Source: Thermoleophilia bacterium (lineage in GTDB: Bacteria > Actinomycetota > Thermoleophilia > Miltoncostaeales > Miltoncostaeaceae). From it: a DNA stretch of 64,000 nt. The position numbers and the translations under genes are program-made. Shown here one piece after another: positions 60,377-64,000 of this stretch (position 1 is its first letter; every line of letters starts with the position of its first letter). The DNA is taken from assembly GCA_031362405.1 (NCBI GenBank), contig JANLSO010000056.1:2981-66980 (forward strand), read 5' to 3'. The notes beneath the pieces are model-generated. The model was not told the DNA's origin. It searched no databases and was given only the letters and a program-made list of their open reading frames with translations.

Positions 60377-61261
60377 ATGATTGTCCCAACAGTGCATGAA
60401 AATGGCGTTCCCGTCACTGCGACCGCCTACGCGCAGATCGACCACCGGCCGGGCCGCGTCGAGCTGATGGGCATGCTGGTCGATCCGGTTTCCGAGAGTG
60501 AAGCGGTCGATTTCGTTCTGACCTCCCTGGAGAACGGCGACGGCGGAACGATCGTCACGCCGAACCTTGACCACCTGCGCCAGTTCGTCGCCGATCCTGA
60601 GGTCCGTCGGGTCTACGACACCGCAGAGCTCGTGGTCGCCGATGGGATGCCGGTCGTGTGGGCGTGTCGTCTGCAGGGCACGCCGCTGCCCGAACGGGTG
60701 GCCGGCTCTGACCTCATCCTGACCCTGTCGGAGGGTGCGGCCCAGGGGGGACATACCGTGTTCCTGCTCGGAGGAAACCCAGGCGTCGCCGAGCATGCCG
60801 CGGATGAGCTGCGCCAAAACTCGCCAGGGTTGCGGATTGCGGGGACGGATTGCCCGCCGATGGGATTCGAAAGTGACCCGGTCGAATTGGAGCGGGTTCG
60901 GTCCGTGTTGGCCGCGGCCACACCCGACATCGTCTTCATCGGCGTCAGCTTCCCCCGGTCGGCCCACATTGCCGAGATGCTGCGCCGCGATTTTCCCCGC
61001 ACCTGGTTCGTCGGGGTCGGCATCTCGCTGAGCTTCGTCGCCGGTGAGATCAGCCGCGCACCGAAGATGCTGCAGACCTTGGGGCTCGAGTGGACGCATC
61101 GGCTGGTCCAAGAACCTGCCCGCCTGTTCGAGCGATACATCATGCGCGACCTTCCTTTTGCCGGCCGAGTGGTCGCTCACTCGGTGCGCCAGCGCCTTCG
61201 CGGTGGGGCGCTCGCACCCCTGACCACGCGCCGTCCACGGGTGCCGACCACGCCGCAGTAA
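60377..61261 (+). CDS. WecB/TagA/CpsF-family glycosyltransferase (GT26)
   Basis: IVTPNLDHL, LVVADGMPVVWA, VFLLGG, IVFIGVSFPRS and GLEWTHRL motifs. The start may be internal (MGMLVDPV). Confidence 0.85.
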   Translation: MIVPTVHENGVPVTATAYAQIDHRPGRVELMGMLVDPVSESEAVDFVLTSLENGDGGTIVTPNLDHLRQFVADPEVRRVYDTAELVVADGMPVVWACRLQGTPLPERVAGSDLILTLSEGAAQGGHTVFLLGGNPGVAEHAADELRQNSPGLRIAGTDCPPMGFESDPVELERVRSVLAAATPDIVFIGVSFPRSAHIAEMLRRDFPRTWFVGVGISLSFVAGEISRAPKMLQTLGLEWTHRLVQEPARLFERYIMRDLPFAGRVVAHSVRQRLRGGALAPLTTRRPRVPTTPQ

Positions 61262-61324
61262 GAACGGCGCCCAGCGCGGCCGGGTGGTGGCCCGCGGCCT
61301 GCCAGCCGTCGATAAAGTGCGGCG

Positions 61325-62038
61325 ATGACTGACGCTTCCTCACCCGCGCCGCTGGCCGATCGTCTGGTGCAATCGCTCGCCGAGAACCGTGCCCGGCTCG
61401 AGCAGTTGATGACCCAGGAGAGTTCCCGGGCCATCCACGAGGAGTTCCTGCTCGCCGAGTCGGGCACGCTGCCCGATCGCGAGACCCGGCTTCAGCGTGC
61501 GCGCTCGACGAGTGCCCGGGCATGGCTGCGCCATCTGGCGGCATCGGTCGCCGAGGAATGGCAGGCGGCGCCCGCGGGCCTTCACGAGCCGCTCGAGCAG
61601 CACATCATGCGGGGCATCGAGCGCTTCGAGGCGCTCAGCCTCGAGGAGGAGGCCGCCCTCGAGCGCGAGGGGTTGTCGGGCGACCCGCAGGCCAACACTC
61701 GGCGCGTGACCCTCGGCGCCTACATGCGACTGTTCGCCGAAGGCGTCGGCGAGCATGGTTCGCCCGATGGGGAGAGTGGCCCGGAGTTCGGCAAGCGCGT
61801 CACGCTCGTGATGCGTCGTGAAGCGTCGCGACGCCGACAGGTCGAAAAGGAAGCATTCGAGGCCTGGAGCGGCAGCGACATGAAGGGCATCGAAGACACC
61901 AAGGTGACCGCTGCTCCGCCCGAGACCAAGAACATCCGGGTTGTCGAGGCCGCCGCATGCTGGTCGTACGTACGGATCCTCGCCGACTCCTTGGGCGAGG
62001 TTCTCGACGCCATCCCGCCGGCACCGGCCCCGGGCTGA
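61325..62038 (+). CDS. hypothetical protein (helical, acidic)
   Basis: 237-aa ORF with genome-typical codon bias. No motif recognised. Confidence 0.5.
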   Translation: MTDASSPAPLADRLVQSLAENRARLEQLMTQESSRAIHEEFLLAESGTLPDRETRLQRARSTSARAWLRHLAASVAEEWQAAPAGLHEPLEQHIMRGIERFEALSLEEEAALEREGLSGDPQANTRRVTLGAYMRLFAEGVGEHGSPDGESGPEFGKRVTLVMRREASRRRQVEKEAFEAWSGSDMKGIEDTKVTAAPPETKNIRVVEAAACWSYVRILADSLGEVLDAIPPAPAPG

Positions 62039-62049
62039 CCACCCCCGCC

Positions 62050-62658
62050 GTGTTGACGCGCTTCGTCGACGAGCACCCCTTCGGCCTTGGCTGGATCTCT
62101 CCCCAGCCGGCCTTCATGCAGCGCTGCTCGCACGCACTCGTTGACGACGGCGGCGCGGTGTGGTGGATCGACCCCGTCGACGAGCCCCTCGGCGTCGAGC
62201 GCGCCCTGCGCCTCGGCCCCCCGGCCGGAGTGATCCAGCTCCTCGATCGTCACAACCGCGACTGCGCGGCCCTCGCGAAACGGTTCGGTGTACCGCACCA
62301 CCGGCTGCCGAAAACCGGGCCGACGGGAAGCCCGTTCGAGGTAAGGCGCGTCGTCAACATCCCCGGCTGGCGCGAGATCGCTCTCTGGTGGCCCGAACGC
62401 GAAGTTCTGGTGGTCGCCGACTGCCTGGGAACAGCCTCGTACTTCTTGGCTGCCCGAGACGCCATCGGCCCGCACCCGATGCTGCGGATGTTCCCGCCCA
62501 AAGCCCTTGGCCGCCTCGGCGCCCGACAGGTTCTCTGCGGCCACGGCCCCGGCCTTCACGGCGACGACGTTGCGGACCGGCTTACCTCGGCCCTGAGACG
62601 CTCCCGCCGGCGCATCCCCGCCTGGCTCGTCGGCCTGCTGCGCGGCCGCGGAAAGTAG
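62050..62658 (+). CDS. conserved actinobacterial hypothetical protein
   Basis: GTG 62050 inside listed ORF 61957..62658. CSHALVDDGGAVWWIDP, VIQLLDRHNRDCA and ALWWPEREVLVVADCLGT blocks resemble a conserved family of unknown function. Confidence 0.5.
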   Translation: MLTRFVDEHPFGLGWISPQPAFMQRCSHALVDDGGAVWWIDPVDEPLGVERALRLGPPAGVIQLLDRHNRDCAALAKRFGVPHHRLPKTGPTGSPFEVRRVVNIPGWREIALWWPEREVLVVADCLGTASYFLAARDAIGPHPMLRMFPPKALGRLGARQVLCGHGPGLHGDDVADRLTSALRRSRRRIPAWLVGLLRGRGK

Positions 62659-62708
62659 ACATGCGAGCCACGAGGCCCCACCACCTGACACTTTGTGCTG
62701 CAAGATCA

Positions 62709-62749
62709 CAATGTCAACATCTGGTGCCCGGCATCAGATGTTGACATTG
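62709..62749. repeat. 41-nt palindrome (20+1+20, one G/T mismatch) between convergent genes
   Basis: CAATGTCAACATCTGGTGCC-C-GGCATCAGATGTTGACATTG. Arms are related to 16619-16650 (GTCAACATCYGGTGC) and 33679-33722 (AATGTCA..GGTG). Confidence 0.9.
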
Positions 62750-62775
62750 ACGGCTCCGCATGGGGACGAGTCGGC

Positions 62776-63069
62776 TTAGAGGTCCTCGCCGTCGGGTCCG
62801 AGCGCGCGGGACCGGCGGCGGCCGATAACGAATGCGCACCCCATGATGAGCAGGACGCCGATGATCGCGCCCCAGGGGAGTTCGTCGGTGGTCCCGGTGA
62901 TCAACGCGATGGCGAAGACCCCGATGATCATCACTGAGCCCAGGATGAGGACGCCGCGGAGCATGTTCGGAGCGCGGCCGTCGTCGTCGGGCGTCGAATC
63001 GTCGCCCGTCGGCGTCTGGTCAGGTTCACGAAGCGGAGGAGGTCTGCGGCGCGGCGGGGGTTTCGTCAC
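62776..63069 (-). CDS. small membrane protein
   Basis: 97 aa. Pro/Arg-rich N-terminus followed by two hydrophobic helices (LRGVLILGSVMIIGVFAIALI, GAIIGVLLIMGCAFVIG). Confidence 0.5.
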   Translation of the reverse strand: MTKPPPRRRPPPLREPDQTPTGDDSTPDDDGRAPNMLRGVLILGSVMIIGVFAIALITGTTDELPWGAIIGVLLIMGCAFVIGRRRSRALGPDGEDL

Positions 63070-63101
63070 CCCGCGAGCCTAGCGGCGGGTACTCTGCGGC
63101 A

Positions 63102-64000
63102 GTGAGCACAACCGCATCCCCGGGGCAGCCCGCGCAGGCGCTGCGCGATTTGGTGGTGGGGTCGGTGCGGCCGGACTGGAAGCCCAGCATTTTCGGTGCG
63201 CTGTGGGGAGTCATCGTCGGCAGCCTTGCATCGGGCTTCTTTATGGGCGCGGTCGTCGTACTGGTGCACGGGGTGAGCGGGAAGCCGGTCCCCGACGCGA
63301 TCTTCACGGCATTGGAACCGCTGGGCTACTTCACCGTCGTTCCGATGGTGACGGCGATCGGGATCGACGTGATCTGTCGGCGCGAAGCATTCTGGCTGTC
63401 GACGGGCCGTCGGCCCGCGGTGGAGTTGACCGTTATCACCTCGCTCATCGCACCGAGCTCGGCTGTCTGGATTCAGTGGTTCGACGCAGGCACCATCTTC
63501 GGGGTTCTTGCGGCAAGCACGGTGATCTTGAGGCTTGGCACGGTGCCCGTTTCGGCGGCCCCAAAGTGGTTTCTCCTGCGCTCGCGCACAGAGAGAGCGG
63601 GGGTGGTGCTCGCCGCGCTGACGATCGCCGCCGGGGGCGTGGTTGCGTACGAAATCGCGCGCCCGGCAATCGGTACGACGGTCCTTCCCACGGGCAGGCC
63701 GATTGCCATCACCTCGAACGACGGACGTTCTGTCTACGGATTCGACATCGATAACAGGCTTCTCAGCAGGGTGACCGTTCTCGACGTCGATGGGTTCGAT
63801 CGAGAGTTCATGCATCTCGAGCGTGGCAATGCTCGGGCGCCTTTCGCCATCGGCGGCCGCGCGAGCACGTCGGTGCTGCTCGTTGTCGACCCCTCGGAAT
63901 GCCAAACGACGAGCCTTTCCGGGGTGAGTGTTCGGTACCGGGTCCTCTCTATCGAACGAACGACCCGCATAACGCTCCCGCAGACAATCAGCTTTCGCTG
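63102..64000 (+). CDS. membrane protein, 3' end outside window (not in the supplied ORF track)
   Basis: GTG 63102 opens a frame with no stop to base 64000. G/C-ending codons predominate. Several helices (IFGALWGVIVGSLASGFFMGAVVVLV, YFTVVPMVTAIGIDVI, VVLAALTIAAGGVVAY). The overlapping listed minus ORF 63066..63905 is Arg-rich shadow-like. Confidence 0.5.
   Translation, partial: MSTTASPGQPAQALRDLVVGSVRPDWKPSIFGALWGVIVGSLASGFFMGAVVVLVHGVSGKPVPDAIFTALEPLGYFTVVPMVTAIGIDVICRREAFWLSTGRRPAVELTVITSLIAPSSAVWIQWFDAGTIFGVLAASTVILRLGTVPVSAAPKWFLLRSRTERAGVVLAALTIAAGGVVAYEIARPAIGTTVLPTGRPIAITSNDGRSVYGFDIDNRLLSRVTVLDVDGFDREFMHLERGNARAPFAIGGRASTSVLLVVDPSECQTTSLSGVSVRYRVLSIERTTRITLPQTISFR

Overview
High-GC, actinobacterial-type chromosomal segment (about 70% GC or more in the 60-nt lines I sampled). 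I recognised no rRNA, tRNA, CRISPR array, transposase or integrase.

(1) 1-6.4 kb is a visibly lower-GC block. It holds polysaccharide-modification genes (FemAB-like acyltransferase, deacetylase, GumK-like glycosyltransferase, LMW phosphotyrosine phosphatase), a degenerate methyltransferase and a truncated DUF4143 ATPase. It ends in a 23-bp-periodic direct-repeat array just upstream of pyrG.

(2) 6.4-33.4 kb holds housekeeping operons, many with 4-nt start/stop overlaps: pyrG-M20 peptidase-NUDIX, a UvrD-like helicase, deoA-mutM-S58 peptidase, glutaredoxin, recO, an acyl-CoA ligase, and glyQ-glyS-ppdK. Three intact VapBC toxin-antitoxin modules and eight or nine gene wrecks are interleaved. The wrecks are VIT transporter, GST, EAL, PIN, a secreted-protein family, a GNAT, two DUF4143 ATPases and possibly the methyltransferase.

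(3) 34.6-61.3 kb is a ~27-kb cell-envelope polysaccharide locus. It contains six GT2, one GT4 and one GT26 glycosyltransferase, a Ppm1-like polyprenyl-phosphate sugar synthase next to a large GT-C-like membrane protein, two Wzx-like flippases, Wzy-like and Wzz-like proteins, a CelD-like acyltransferase, a NodB deacetylase, a GH26-like hydrolase and a CDP-sugar module (rfbF, C-methyltransferase, cupin epimerase, SDR, DUF4910, PIG-L).

(4) 61.3-64 kb holds hypothetical and membrane proteins.

The least expected signals:
- A family of five sequence-related long palindromes, one of them embedded in-frame in a DUF3891 gene.
- Two short periodic repeat arrays.
- A pair of paralogous secreted proteins of unknown function bracketing the start of the polysaccharide locus.
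- Gene decay confined to accessory genes.
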